A DNA stretch of 63,484 bases, filler included, from Dimorphilus gyrociliatus (Eukaryota > Animalia > Annelida), in assembly GCA_904063045.1 (NCBI GenBank). It is 3 parts of 3 records of this genome, joined end to end, with 100 filler letters (N's around TTAATTAATTAA, not from the genome) between each part and the next. Parts side by side here need not be neighbours in the genome. Positions count along the whole stretch, not along the records: positions 1 to 26,186 come from CAJFCJ010000157.1; positions 26,287 to 45,546 come from CAJFCJ010000122.1; 1 more part is not named here. One strand, given 5' to 3'. The translations under genes and the position numbers were made by a program. This document shows positions 24,730 to 38,000 of the stretch, in pieces (positions within the stretch are counted from its first letter, which is position 1; each line of letters opens with the position of its first letter). A model generated the notes under the pieces. It ran no database searches, was not told the origin of the DNA, and was given only the letters and a program-made list of their open reading frames with translations.

Positions 24730-26180
24730 TTGGATGTTTGCTATTCATTCTTTGGTGATAGAACTCAAAAGAGTGCAATTGAAGTTGATAATTATTGCAG
24801 GAGAAAAAATCCAACTACCTGGGACGATGTACCAGAATTTAAAAATCGACTTATCTACATTCTAGATAAAGTATACGAGTTTCAAAGTAAAAGATACTCT
24901 ACTCCATTAAGGGTTTTAACAGGTTTTTGTTTTGTAATTTTGTCTTTTTTATCCATTCAAATTTTTTCTCTATATAACTATTTCTTTAGTTATGAATGAA
25001 TTAACACCAACAAATCGACCAGTTGAATTATTCAAAGACATTTACAAAGGCGTTAGTTCGATATTTTTCTACGTATCGCCACCAGGCGCTACTGTGTTCT
25101 TGTTTTTTTTTTCCCCTGATAACAGAATGAACAATACTTCCAAAGGGAATTATTCGACAATAATACATATGATAATATAATTTTGAACAGTGAAAGAAAA
25201 AAAATGTGCATTCAATACGATTATCAATTTAAAGAGAAGGTTGTTGGATTTTCTAAACCTATGAAATCGGTTACAGACATTGCAACTTCAATGTCAATAA
25301 TTCCTTGTAATGTGAAAACTATTAATTCATTTATTTGTCAAATGATTCCAAGTAGGATAAAGACTATTTTATTTCTTGTCTAATATCTTATTCTTATTGT
25401 ATTCTTCCTTCTTTAGAGATTTTCCAAAAAGACAAAGAAAGACCTCGTCTATGGAATAATGAATTAAGAGTCAAAGACTATTGGTCGTCTCTCTGCTTTC
25501 GCGAGAATAACAATTGCTCAAATGAATGTCAGTCAAATTGTTTCAATTTTAGAAAATTATTCATTGTCTTTCCTTTGTTTTTGTTTTTTGATAAACAAAA
25601 GATTTTCTTTTCTCCTATTCAATCAATTTTAAAACAATAGTTCAATGCCCAAAACATACATACGAATGCAACGAATACGAATACTGTATCAGTATGAATT
25701 CGTTATGTGATGATATTAAAGATTGTCCGAATGGAGACGACGAACAAAATTGCTTTTACGATTATTTTACGTGTTTTGACGGAAAGTCAAAAATCACTTT
25801 AAATCGTGTTTGCGACGAAATTGACGATTGTTTTGATGGATCTGACGAGATAAATTGCAGTAAGAAGAAGACTATCTTTAATCAATCAATTAATTAATCA
25901 ATTCCATTTTTTTTAGCTCATTCCGAAAAAGAATTTCATTTGTTTGTCAATTTTGTTTGTAAGAGATTAAAACACTTGCAATGTTTTTCAGACAGTATTA
26001 CTGTAAATATAGAAAATGCTTCATAGTAGAAGATATAGTATTTTACAATATTCCATGCTTTGGAATTACTGTTTCAAACATTAAACATTGTAATGGTATC
26101 TGTTATCCTCCTGAAAACAGACTGAAATGTGATTCTGAATTTATTAGAAATGGATTCAAAGATAAAAAATACAGGTAAAG
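24730..26180 (+). CDS. Partial multi-exon extracellular modular protein with two LDL-receptor class A repeats; runs off the contig end
   Basis: CPKHTYECNEYEYCISMNSLCDDIKDCPNGDDEQNC and FTCFDGKSKITLNRVCDEIDDCFDGSDEINC (about 25640-25860); flanking Cys-containing exons are unresolved. Confidence 0.6.
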
Positions 26181-26186
26181 AAAGAA

Positions 26187-26286
26187 NNNNNNNNNNNNNN
26201 NNNNNNNNNNNNNNNNNNNNNNNNNNNNNNTTAATTAATTAANNNNNNNNNNNNNNNNNNNNNNNNNNNNNNNNNNNNNNNNNNNN
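26187..26286. other. Artificial contig-joining spacer
   Basis: N44-TTAATTAATTAA-N44 (stops in all six frames), exactly 100 bp. Confidence 0.98.
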
Positions 26287-26634
26287 ATTTTTCTTTGGAG
26301 CTGTATGGTGATGTGGTGTTTCATGTTTTTTATAGACTGACTTTGAAGGGAAGAGGTTGAAGACGAAAAAGAGTTCACGTTGAACATTAATTTTTTTTTA
26401 AAATTTTCAATCAACTTGAACACCAGAGCATATTCCCTCTACATCTTGCACTCTAAAGCTGACCAAAGAGAGATTTGATTGAAACCCTAACCCTAACCCT
26501 GTATTCAAATCTGTAGGTGGAGTAATTGAATCAACTTGAACACTTGAGCTCCATTTTACAGAGAGGTGTTTTACACTATTTCCCTTAAGTAGTCTGTTTA
26601 TTTAATAGAAAATTTGATCTATTATGTTTAAAAC

Positions 26635-27188
26635 AGGTGTGATGGATACCTGTTACTAATACAAAAGAAGTCTGGTTTGACAGGATAAGTAAAGAATACT
26701 TTAATGTATTGCCCTGTACATTTGCCTGTGCATTGAGATATCCAATGGTCATATTTCATTTAAAGACAGAATACAAGCATTTCCAGCTGATGATGAACAG
26801 GTTGCACCTAATGAAGATTTGGCAACATTTTCAAAAATTTTATCGTCAATAGTGGCGCCATCTAGACATAAAGAAATAATATACCACTGATTTAAGCAAG
26901 CTTCACCACTACAATGTTTAGACCATTCATGATTACTAATCCAAGTTGGTTCAAGTGCATTCTCACAATCATATAAATAATGACCATAATAGCCACTGAC
27001 AAATAATGATACTGAACACTTGGCCGAAAAATTTCTATTGGCAATATTCAACAATTTTCCACTGTGTTGTTTTTAAAAATATTCAAAACAGGGTGCAGTG
27101 TTCAAGATTAGTGAATAGACTTACTTGTTATAAATCCATTAATACTGCAGATAAACAAAGATACAAAGGAGATTTTTACTAAGAACAT
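26635..27188 (-). pseudogene. Secreted protein with two tandem discoidin/galactose-binding-like repeats, frameshifted
   Basis: Signal exon MFLVKISFVSLFICSINGFIT; repeats NIANRNFSAKCS..DCENALEPTWISNHE..NQWYII and ENVAKSSLGATCSSS..HWISQCTGKCTGQYIKVFF..CISNR; frame breaks present. Confidence 0.5.
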
Positions 27189-28146
27189 TCTAATGAAGAA
27201 AATCCTGCAACAAAATGCTTTGCAAAGGATCTTGTAATCAACATTTTCAATATTTTTAATAGAATTAGACAAACAAAAATTTTAATGATTCATCTACAAA
27301 ATCCGAAAAAACTATCTGTTAAATAGGCCTAAATATTTAGGTTTTTGCTACTCAACTGTTTAAAAATTGGATTTTAAAATTGGATTTTTAATACTCTGGA
27401 TAGGTCTATACACTATATTCAAATAGCTCTGCGTTTCATTTCGTTAATCAATGTAAATAGCAAAATTCACCGCTAGGTGTCACTATTAGAACAGTGAGAA
27501 AGAATGTTTAACTATTTTTTTAAATTTCTAACTACATCCACCATTTGCTTGTAACCTTAATGCTATGGTTATGAGTATTACGTTTCCATAGTAACTGCTT
27601 TCAATAGGCCTTCAACTGTACAATAATTGTGGGGTTGAGGGTAGAGAAAGTGTCTACCTACATAGACATTATGTAACAATTGACCCTAAAGGGTGTACCT
27701 ACACAAACCTGCTGTTGTTTGCATCAATATTGCATAATATGATAACCTTTGACCCTGTTTTTTGTAAATAATCCTTATCTGGTCATTGTTATTAACGAAA
27801 GAATGAATATTTTAGGTATTTATAGAAAACTAAACCATTAGATTACGGCAGTGTCCTTGTCCTTTAAGCAGGCTAATTGAAATAATGACTAGACCCAGGA
27901 AGTTGACTATATTTCCTCAACAACTTTTTAAAAATTGTATTATAAGAGTTTTATGCTTTTAAATGCAGATCAAGTTAGACAATAGACAGGAAATGGAAAT
28001 GGCCAAGAAAACTTTTTGGTGTGTTTTTCCCTTAATGAAAAGAAAGAAAAAAGGAAATTTTTTAAAGATAAGAAATTCTCTTTGATAATTTACTTTAAAA
28101 GGAAGAGGAGGAGAAAGAGGAAGAGAGAGAGGACTGATTGGATAAG

Positions 28147-29096
28147 ATGAATAATACAAATAGCGAAAATGAAAATATTCCTCCATGGATGGAAAATCAA
28201 ATATTTCCAATGATTACATTGATTCTATCAGCAATTATGGGAATTCCTTTAGATCTACTTTCTGCAATTACAATTGTTAAAAGTAAATTAAAGGAATTAA
28301 CTCTCTTCAGATATATATTCATTGTTACAATATCTGATATGATGGTCTCAATTGCTTTACTCTTCGAGTCAATGATTGAAATTATGATAAGAATGATTAC
28401 TAATACAACGTTTCTATGGTTACGCTGTAAACTATATTTATTCATTTCATTTACGTTTACCCAAATATCGTCCTTGTGTCTAGTAGCAGTTACGTTTGAT
28501 CTTTTTTATGTATAACATTCCCAACTAAGACCAAACTATGGTCAACGCGAAAAGTTTGCACTTGTACGTCTACGCCGTTTTAATTGATATTTCATTTTTC
28601 TATATTCACAGCGGCGTTGAGAGAATATCACCGGAACTTGCTGTTTGCGTTGTAAAAGAAGATAATCCTGTTATCACATCAGTGATAATATTTATCAATG
28701 TTGTTTTTATGTTTATTACCATGTTTCCTAATGGGAATATTGAACATACTAATTGTTATAAATCTTCGAGGACACATTGCAGAAATGTACAGTATTGGCA
28801 GTGACAAACGTGTCAAAGATTTAAAATCCTCAACGATAAAATTAACAATTTTAACCCTATCTTGATCAACAGTCTTTATAACAACAATTTTTCCAGTTGT
28901 TGTTATCAACTTCTTACAATTGATTGGTGTTTTTCATGCTCTATCCTCATTCAATTCAACAGTATTCCCTAATTTAAACAGAATATTAGGTCATCTCAAT
29001 AATATGGTTAATTGCATATTCCATTGTCTTTGTGGTGAAACTTTTAAAATTGCATTTCTAAAGATAATTGGTTGTTCAAGATGCTCTTCTTCTTAA
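28147..29096 (+). pseudogene. Intronless 7TM class A GPCR pseudogene
   Basis: Seven hydrophobic segments recoverable across three frameshifts and one TGA; RCKLY..LVAVTFD, LNNMVNCIFHCLCGETFK. Confidence 0.85.
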
Positions 29097-29254
29097 TCAG
29101 CCAATAGCTGAAACAATACCAAAAACACAGAAAATTCTAATTCAACATTTTGAAACAGGTAGTTGAGGAATTGGGGGTTCTATCATTACATTCTTTAGTG
29201 TTTGGTGTAGTTTTAATAATTCTCTCAAAGGTTTTGTAATTTTTGTAAATTCCT

Positions 29255-30075
29255 TGACAAACCTTCAAAAATAACCACAAAATGCTACTAAACTCAACAG
29301 AGTACTTGCAAATATAGGTAACTTAGCATCTTTAATTTTCTGAATCTTTTCAGGATCAGTTTCAATACCATTTTGTGTAATTCTATAATCAAGAAATTGA
29401 ACTGATTCTTGTAAGAATGCACATTTGCGGGGCCGACAGAAAACGTCCTCAAAGTGAGATTTTTGAAAGCAACATTTCGGATTGAAAAATGGCTAGAACA
29501 AGTAAAATGACTATTGATTTGTAGTTAGGGGAGTTCCATCTAAGGGTTAGGGGTAATTAAGGAGATTAGGGAAAGATAAGGGCTAGGATAGGGTTAGGGT
29601 TAAACTATGCATTTGGGGATGTTTTCTGTTGGATCCGACATTTGCTTAGTTTGATTCTAAAATCTTTTTCTTTGATTCTATCCATTAATTTTTTGTAAAG
29701 CTGTGTAGTGTTCTTCCAATGTTTTGGTAAAAACAATAATATCATCAATATAATTAATACAAAAATCTTCCAATCCATTTATTAGAAAATTTTCCATAAT
29801 ATAGCTGAAGTGTGATGGTGCATTGGCCAAACCAAAAGGCATGCAATTAAATTCAAATAAGCCAAATGGTGTGATAAAAGCAATTTTTTCCTTGTCTTCT
29901 TCCTTGATTGGAATATGGTGAAATGCACTTGTTAAATCCAATATTGAAAAGTATTTGTAGCCTCCTCCAAGCTTATCAAATAAATCTTCCTGATGTGGAA
30001 TTGGATAGCAAATCTTTTTTGATTGTTAGTTAAGTTTTCTGTAATCTACACACATTCTCAATGCTCCCTCCTTTT
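29255..30075 (-). mobile_element. Gypsy RT fragment (close relative of 41470-42060), split by a MITE
   Basis: LDLTSAFHHIPI, FGLANAP, YIDD; high DNA identity to the + strand element. Confidence 0.92.
29429..29636 (-). mobile_element. MULE-derived MITE, copy 3
   Basis: Reverse orientation of the same MITE; TSD cacatttgc/gacatttgc (8/9). Confidence 0.9.
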
Positions 30076-30099
30076 TATGTTTGTGTACATTTTGATTAC

Positions 30100-30315
30100 A
30101 CAAATGTTCAAACTCAATACTTCTATCTCTGAAGTATTCGAGGTTTTTTGAAATATTAAAAGGTATTGTACAGAATTAACTTTTATTAGTCTTGCTTGTT
30201 GTGAGCTTGAATCAAATATTGGTTTTGCTATTGGGGATGCCATTGGAAAACAAACCAAACTTACTGATTTGTATCTTCATAATAATCTACTTGGAACAGA
30301 AGTGGACCGAACCTA
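30100..30315 (+). pseudogene. RI-type LRR gene fragment
   Basis: CTELTFISLACCELESNIGFAIGDAIGKQTKLTDLYLHNNLLG. Confidence 0.6.
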
Positions 30316-30524
30316 ATTCATAATACTACACCTATATACAATATATATATTGTCGATAAATCAGTACTTTCATATAATATGGTTCCCGTTCCAAACAATT
30401 CTATAACACTTTTTGCCATATTAAAATAGAAGTAACCATACTACTGTTTACAATTTTCCATGGTAAATCGATTAATATCAAACTTGAAAAACAAGTAAAC
30501 ATAATTTGCAATTTAATTTGAAAG

Positions 30525-31668
30525 ATGTCTGATATCGAAGGTAAATTGTTAAATTTTTGTTTTGAATTTTGAACTATTATCTTGTTTTTTATTTTTAAAA
30601 ATAGAAGTAAACAATCAACAAAGTGAAGATGATTCTGGTTGCTGTGGAGTAAGTTTTTTTTTCTTATTATTTGCAATATTTTGAATTTTTATAATCAATT
30701 ATACTATTACTTTAAAATGTAGGTCATTCTGAAGATAGTTTCAATATTCCTTATCATCATAAGTTTTCCAATATCAATATGGATGTCTATAAAACTAGTG
30801 CAAGAGTATGAAAGAGCTGTTATATTCCGTTTGGGTAGAGTTTTACCGGGAGCCAGAGGACCTGGTATCTTCTTTGTCATACCCTGCTTGGATAATTTTG
30901 TTAAAATTGATCTCAGAACAATCTCATTCGACATTCCACCTCAAGAGATTTTAACGAAAGATTCTGTAACAATTTCTGTTGATGCTGTTGTTTACTATAA
31001 AGTCTCTAATCCAATGATATCAGTGATAAATGTTGAAGATTGTGCCAGATCGACTCGTCTCCTAGCCCAGACAACTTTAAGAAACATTCTAGGAACAAAG
31101 ACGCTTAGTGGGATATTATCGGAGCGTGAAACAGTTGCCAATAATATGCAAGTACTGTGTTCTTAATAAATTCGAGAAAAAATCCATCATGTTGACACTC
31201 AATTGTATTATTTTGCAGGTTGTGCTTGATGAAGGTTTGTCTAATCTAAAATATTTCATGTTAACCATAAATATTTATTACTTGTAACAAACAGGAACTG
31301 ATCCTTGGGGTGTTAAAGTTGAAAGAGTAGAAATCAAAGATGTTAGTTTACCCCTTCAGTTACAAAGAGCTATGGCGGCTGAGGCAGAAGCTACAAGAGA
31401 AGCTAGAGCTAAAGTTATTGCTGCAGAAGGTGAACAAAACGCTTCAAGAGCACTTAAGGAGGCAGCTGACGTCATTAATGAAGCATCTGGAGCCTTACAA
31501 CTAAGATACCTTCAAACACTAACACAAATATCTGGAGAGAAGAATTCAACTATTATATTCCCCTTACCAATTGGTATGTTATTCAAACTGTTTGTCACCC
31601 TATACAATGCACTAATACAATTTTCATTGTGAACAGAACTTATGGATGCAATGATAAAGAAAAAATGA
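30525..31668 (+). CDS. STOM: Stomatin / band-7 (MEC-2-like) protein, 6 exons
   Basis: [84 protein letters not shown]; all introns GT-AG and in phase. Confidence 0.95.
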
Positions 31669-32229
31669 AAATCTCAATTTAGTGTTTATTTTTAAAAAAA
31701 GAGTACTACTTTCCAAGCAGTTTTCATTTTAAAATCTAAACCTGTAATACACTTAATTCAAAAGATCATACAGAATTATATAATAAATCAACCATAGAAT
31801 CTAGAATTGAATAATATCCTCAACTGTTTCTCCCCTCTGATTTATATCTAAAATATTAGTTAAATTTTCAAGTAAGTAAGGTGAAAACAGGTAAAGTTAT
31901 CTGGATTCTCTAAATGTGTTGCACATTTCAAAATTTTTCAAGAGTGCAAATAGGCCTCAGTTAATTATTTATAGAATTTCACACTGCGACATCTAAAATC
32001 AAAAGTCAACTTTAGCCTAACATTCGGATTATGAAATGCTGATTGCAATTTTAGTAAATAATTTCTCCAATATTTTTTCTTTTTATCAAAAATTTTCTAA
32101 GAAAAAAACCTTCTGAAAAAAATCTGAAAATCAATATAAGCAGCGCCATCTACCGATTGGTGTATCTTATCAGTAACATTTTGGTAAATAGTTCAGACAT
32201 TAATAGTTTTAAGAAAAAGAATCCTTACC

Positions 32230-32571
32230 TGAAATATTTGGAGCTTAGATTATTACTATTCTGACATCCAATCATCACTTTACAGTTGCCGAAATGTGTA
32301 GTTCATATTTATCTTTAGTAACAGGATGTTACAAGGTTCAACATTTAGGAAGGTTAATTGAATTATAACTTGGCCACACCCTAGGCAAGTTAATTAAATT
32401 ATAACTTGGCCAAACCTTTATTGGTAATTAAAGATGAGCCTTCAAGCTGACTAATCAGACTTATGTTTGGCCAATGTTATAGCATTTTCTTGCGTAGGTT
32501 TTAAGATGTACATGTATATGTTGCATAAAATAATAGAGTTCAAGCATGTAAAATATAACCAAAGTTGTACA
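32230..32571 (-). repeat. 3' LTR of the minus-strand Gypsy element (solo relative at 56505-56827)
   Basis: Polypurine tract AAAGAAGGGGGAAG (32574-32587, minus) immediately before TGTACAAC; homologous to 56505-56827. Confidence 0.75.
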
Positions 32572-32680
32572 ACTTCCCCCTTCTTTGTGAAGATGAGTCC
32601 CTTCATCTTGATTTAATGAGAATTACAGGTGGTTTCTTCTTCATTAGTTTGATGTTGACTAAAGCTACAACTTTGTTTCA

Positions 32681-35010
32681 TTAGTTTTGGGTTTCAGGAG
32701 AGTTATCTGTGCTCTCACTTGGGGTAGCAATTTCTTCTCTTTGTTTTCTTCTTCCAATAATATAGTTGAAAATGATGATACATACCATTGACACTACAAT
32801 ACTCAAACAAATATTTCGTATGATAACATAAAGTGTTTTCCCAGGTTTATAGTACCAACTATGGAAAAACTGTTTAATTCCAGATAAATTGGGTACAATG
32901 CCATTTTTCTCTGCAACAGTGACCATGTTATCATACCTTGCCTGCTTCTGTTCCAGTGAACTGATAACTTGCTTAATTTTGAGTGCTGGTATGCAATATC
33001 CTTCTTTACCCCATGGTGGAGTAGATCAGCTAATCTGGCAATTTCAATTTTTGGTTCAGAAAGGTGATTGTGGATATGTAACTGCATGGATTTTGCAGAC
33101 ACAGTGTGAAATCTGCATCCTCTTTCTGAATAATACACATACGTTTTGTCTTTCATTGGTTGGTTTCTTATAGGATTTAATGGGTTGTGAGTTGTTTTGT
33201 AGAATAACTTGTTAGACTTACACTCATTATAGGTAATCTCTTCAGGATTGACTTGCTGTAAAACATGAGTAACTGGTTCTACTTGGAAAAGCAGGTTGTT
33301 CATGGTGACAAGTAAAAATTGAGAACATTTGTTATTCTTTTTTATCATGCTTAAGTCACAAACTACTTCTGTTGAGGCTATTGGTGAACATTGTTTAATT
33401 ATAGCTAATTCTCCCATCTGACTACTGTGCATTCCCAACTCATTTGTTAACACTGTGGTCAATTGAGGATCCAAATTTGCTAGTAATGCCATCATTCTGC
33501 TTCTTTGAACAAATTGATTGCAGAGAAGACTTGACAGCTGTTGGGTAAACTTTTTAAATTCTTAAAATTTGAATCAATACCATGTAGTAAGGTAGATGTT
33601 TGGGGCAGCTTCTCTCATTTCCAATGGGAATTTGTGGTATGGGTTTTTACTTATCTTATGTTTCAGTTTTGCTTCCTTCTTCATCTGCTTTTTAGCCATT
33701 CTCATGTGTAGAGTAAAATAAATTCCTTCATAGTAATCTTAAATTCTCTGGCTGGTGGTCCTTTATACCATATGCCCAATGTTGGTAATACCTTCTTTTT
33801 GATTCTTTTCTCACTGTATACATATTTTGAAATCGTGACAGATTGTCTTGTTGCCCTTGTCCAATTGACTGCTTGCAGCATTTCTGGATATAATAGTTAT
33901 CCAGCTCCCAGTAAGATGGACTAATGGGTTGTTGTAGATGATATATCACAACTTCCTTGAGTGTGCCTTTATTTCTCATTAGTTTATACTTTGTGTTTGT
34001 TTCTCTGTACCATTGGTTAAGACTTGGTAAGGGTTGTTTCGCTTGTATAGTATATTTGTTCTTTCACTTTATTGGGATAGTTTAATAGTCGTTTTTTCTT
34101 CATTTTTGCCAATCTTCTGATATTGTAGCAAATTGTATAGGTGTTCCTTGCTTGTTTCCTGTATTAAACTCTGTTCCTCCAGTGGTACTAGTACTTTTGT
34201 TCCAGGACCACCAATTCCATCAATAAACTTATCTTGATAAGGGATGTCCAGAATAGAATACCCTGGACAAGAATAGTGACCAGCAAATTTGATACAACTA
34301 ATTCTGTTGCTAATTTTTATCCATGGTGATTGTTGCCCAAGTGTGTAATTATTCTTGAGGTTCCTAAAGACAATAATTGCCTCTTCTGTCTCACAATAGG
34401 ACTGCCCTGGTAAACAATCTTTCAGGTAGTCCAGATTAGTTGTAATTTTCATATTAGGAGGTTGCCAATATGCTTTGCCAAACTGGATAATTGTGGTGTA
34501 TTCCAGCACCTTGGTTGTTGTTGGCCATGTGTAGGCAGCAGGAAACTGATCTTGGTGGATCCAAGTGTTTCTTTTCACCATTAAAGGTTTTCCTTGAAAA
34601 GATCGTTTGTCTTTTATCATCTGTCTGCATTGATCATGAGTTACTTTGATAACTGAGTTAACAATCCTCCTCTTCTTTGCTCCAAAGAAATAGTAAGTGT
34701 AAAAATTAGTTCTTAGATACACTTGACATTTTACTGCTCTTGTTTCAATTTCTTCCAAGTTCAATTCATAGATATCAGCTGTAATTGTCTTGGTTTCTTG
34801 TGATTCTATATTACAAGTTGGCTCATCTGCTAGATCAAATGCCTGGCTTGGTAGTTGGTTAGAACAAAAGTATAACGGTGGTTTAAATGTTAAGGTAATG
34901 TTTGCACTTGTAACATGGGCACCTTGGTAGGATGGTTTTGGGACTGTTATTGAGTGGATGCAGCCACAGATCACCATTACAGTCATCACTAGTGGAAGCC
35001 ACAACATCTG
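32681..35010 (-). pseudogene. Envelope glycoprotein (class III fusogen-like), frameshifted in the C-terminal half
   Basis: MKQMLWLPLVMTVMVICGCIHS signal; YYFFG..QCRQMIK..YTWP; NLDPQL..GELAIIKQCSPI; TM IIRNICLSIVVSMVCIIIFNYII followed by GRRK. Confidence 0.7.
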
Positions 35011-38000
35011 TTTCATGTTAGCTCTTCCTGTGTTGGCTATAGTTGAATGGTTGAAAATTTTGTGTTGTTGTTCCACTCTGATAGTTATTCCATCTTCTAA
35101 CTCTATATATTGTGGTTCCACTTCTTGTTGGGAATCTAATTGTTCAGAGATGATTTTAGTCTCATCTAAAAATATCACTGACTCATTGTCTGTGTCACTT
35201 GTATTTTCTTTCTCATCTTGGGATGAATCTACCACTATGAGGGACTCATTATTCGAATGGGTTATGTCAATAATTTCACCTTCAATAATTATTGACTCAT
35301 TATCCGAATGGGTTATATCAATAATTTCGCTTTCAATAGTTATTGACTCATTGTCTGAACTAGATATTTCATCTTCTCTATCAGAGATAATGTTTGCCTC
35401 TGAATCTGTATTTTTATCCAGTTCATTATTTGTTTCTGTGTCATCACTTTCAGATGAGCTTGAAGGTTCATTGAGACTGTAATTACTGTCTGTTTTGAAA
35501 GTATTGCTTGTGTCATAACCAGTATCAGAATTAGTAACTTCCATCTCTGAGTCATCACTATCTGAACTTTCTGATGAAGAGTCATGCTGTCCCATCATGG
35601 CTATAGTGACTTTGTTTAGTTGAGGTTGCCTTATTCTTTCAGCCAGGTTCCCTTTCCTTCTATCAAATTTGAGAGAACACTGTTTAGCTTCAAAATTGAG
35701 GTTTGCTCCCACAGTTTGTAGGAAATCACAACCAAGTATTATTGCTATGTCTAGATTTTCCATAACTATAAATTCTTGTTTCATACTTTCTCCAGCAAAT
35801 TGGATATTCAGCTTTACGCTTCCTTTTTGCTTTAAAGCTTTCCCATCAGCTGAAGTTATAATTGGTAAGCCAATTGTTTCTTTATCCATAATTGTAACAT
35901 CCATTAACTTGATTTCTTTTTCAGTAATAAAGGATCTCAATGCTCCTGTGTCACACAAGGCAATGACTTCTTGGCCTTTTTGATTCTTCAAACGGAATTG
36001 GAAGTCATTTCTTCCTTCTACCTGAGAAAGATATTGGAGGTGTGTTATTTCCTTCTCCACAAGGTGAAAGATTGTTGTTGCTTCTTTCCTTGTTTCCAAC
36101 TTATTAGATTCATTGGCTAGTCTTAATCTGCTACCATGTACCAACTTGCATGTATTATCATCCATTTGTATTTCATATATCCACTTTTGATGATTGACTT
36201 TTGTTATTCGGTATGGGCCTAACCATTTTAAAGAAGGGATTTTTGTTATTGCAATTCTTGCAGCATCATTTCTTAAGAATACTTCATCATCAACCTCAAA
36301 ATATTTTGGAAGATTGAGATTTCTATTCTTTCTTTCCCTATATTGTTCTTTTGCCATGATGGATTTACAGAAGGCTGTAGCTCTTAACTGTACCAATTGC
36401 TGCTGGTGATTGAATACAAATAGTACATTTGTTTCAGGAGAGGTAGTATGCATTGTTACATCAATCAGTGTTCTTGTGCTGGTGCCAAAAAGAAGTTCCT
36501 GGGGTGGTAGTCTTGTACTTCCTACAGGTGATTGATTCAAAAATGCTTGAATCAAGGGTAGGTTTGCAACCCAGTTATGCTGATTTTCTTCCACCACTAA
36601 TTTATTGATTTCCTTCCTCACTTCTCTATTTCTTCGTTCAACTAGTCCATTGCTCTGGCTTCTATAAGCTGTTGTTTGGATTTTCTCAATACCTAATACC
36701 TTCATAAACTCTTTAAAAGCTTTACCAACAAAGTTTCTTCCTTGATCTGTCAACATTTGTTTTGGAATTCCAAAAATGGGAAAAAATCTGTTGAAAAGAA
36801 GGTTTGCAATTTCTTTACTGGTTTGCTGTTTGAGTGCATATAAAACTGTGTATCTACTGAAATGATCCACTATCACAAGTATGAATCTGTATGACTTAAC
36901 CATGGGTAAGGGTCCCATTATATCCATGGCCACCAACTCCATTGGTGATGCAGGGTGAAAGGTTTCTACCAAAGGGTATACTCTACTCCTACCATTCATT
37001 TGTTCACACAAAGTGCAATCCTTTATTGAATTCTCAATCATAATCTTTAATTTTGGGTGCCAAAAGGTCTTTGTAATTATTTGTAATGTCATTCTGGGTC
37101 CATGGTGATTGTGAATTTTATTTTTATGGAATTTAGGGAGCAGAGTTAGCATCAAATGGTCAGGTAAAACCAGAATGTTTCTTTCTTCAAGGATAATCCA
37201 GATCATTTCCTTGTGAACAAACATCTCCATTATGAAAGGTGTAAAAGTTCCAAAATAAGGAATAGGTAGCTGACCATCCAGTGTTAAATATTCTTTAATT
37301 GATTTTAAATTCACATCTTTTTCTTGCTCTGACTGTAAGTCAACAGAAGACAAATCAATTTTCTCTTCACTGTTATCACTGGTAGCTACAAAAGTTAACT
37401 CTGGTGTATGTTCATACTGTTCCATTTTAACTGAAATAGAGGGAGAATTCTCCTCTTTGATTCTTCCATGAATTAGCTCTTCAAATGTTACTTTCCTTGG
37501 GGGTGTATATTCTTCTAATCTTGTTAATGCATCTGCTCTATTTTTTCGTCCTGTCACATAGTTAATTGTAAATTTTAAATCCATTAAAGCCATGACCCAT
37601 TTTGCTGTGCTGACATTCAATTTGTTTTGCTTAAATGTTTGTACTAGACTCTGATGGTCAGTATATAAAAAGAATGGCTTGTCTTGAAGGTAATGTAAAA
37701 ATTTCTTTACAACCCAGTAAACACCAAATGCTTCCTTTTGATAGGCTGCATATTTCATTTGATTATTGTTAAATTGTTTTGAAGCATAGGCAATGGGTTT
37801 CATTGTTTTCTTCCCATTCTCATCTACATAAACTTGTTCAAGAACTCCTCCTACAGCTACATTCGATGCATCTGTTGTTAAGTGAAAATCTTTAGCAAAA
37901 TCAGGTAGTTGTAATACAGGAGGGTTAACTACTGCATCTCTCAACTTGAAAAATGATTGCTTGGCTTCCTCAGTCCATTGCAATTTATCCTTTTTCCCAT

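Noticed and set aside
16530-31668. DEG/ENaC and stomatin in one window as a linked MEC-4/MEC-2-like mechanosensory module
   Set aside because: They lie on different contigs separated by an artificial spacer; there is no linkage evidence
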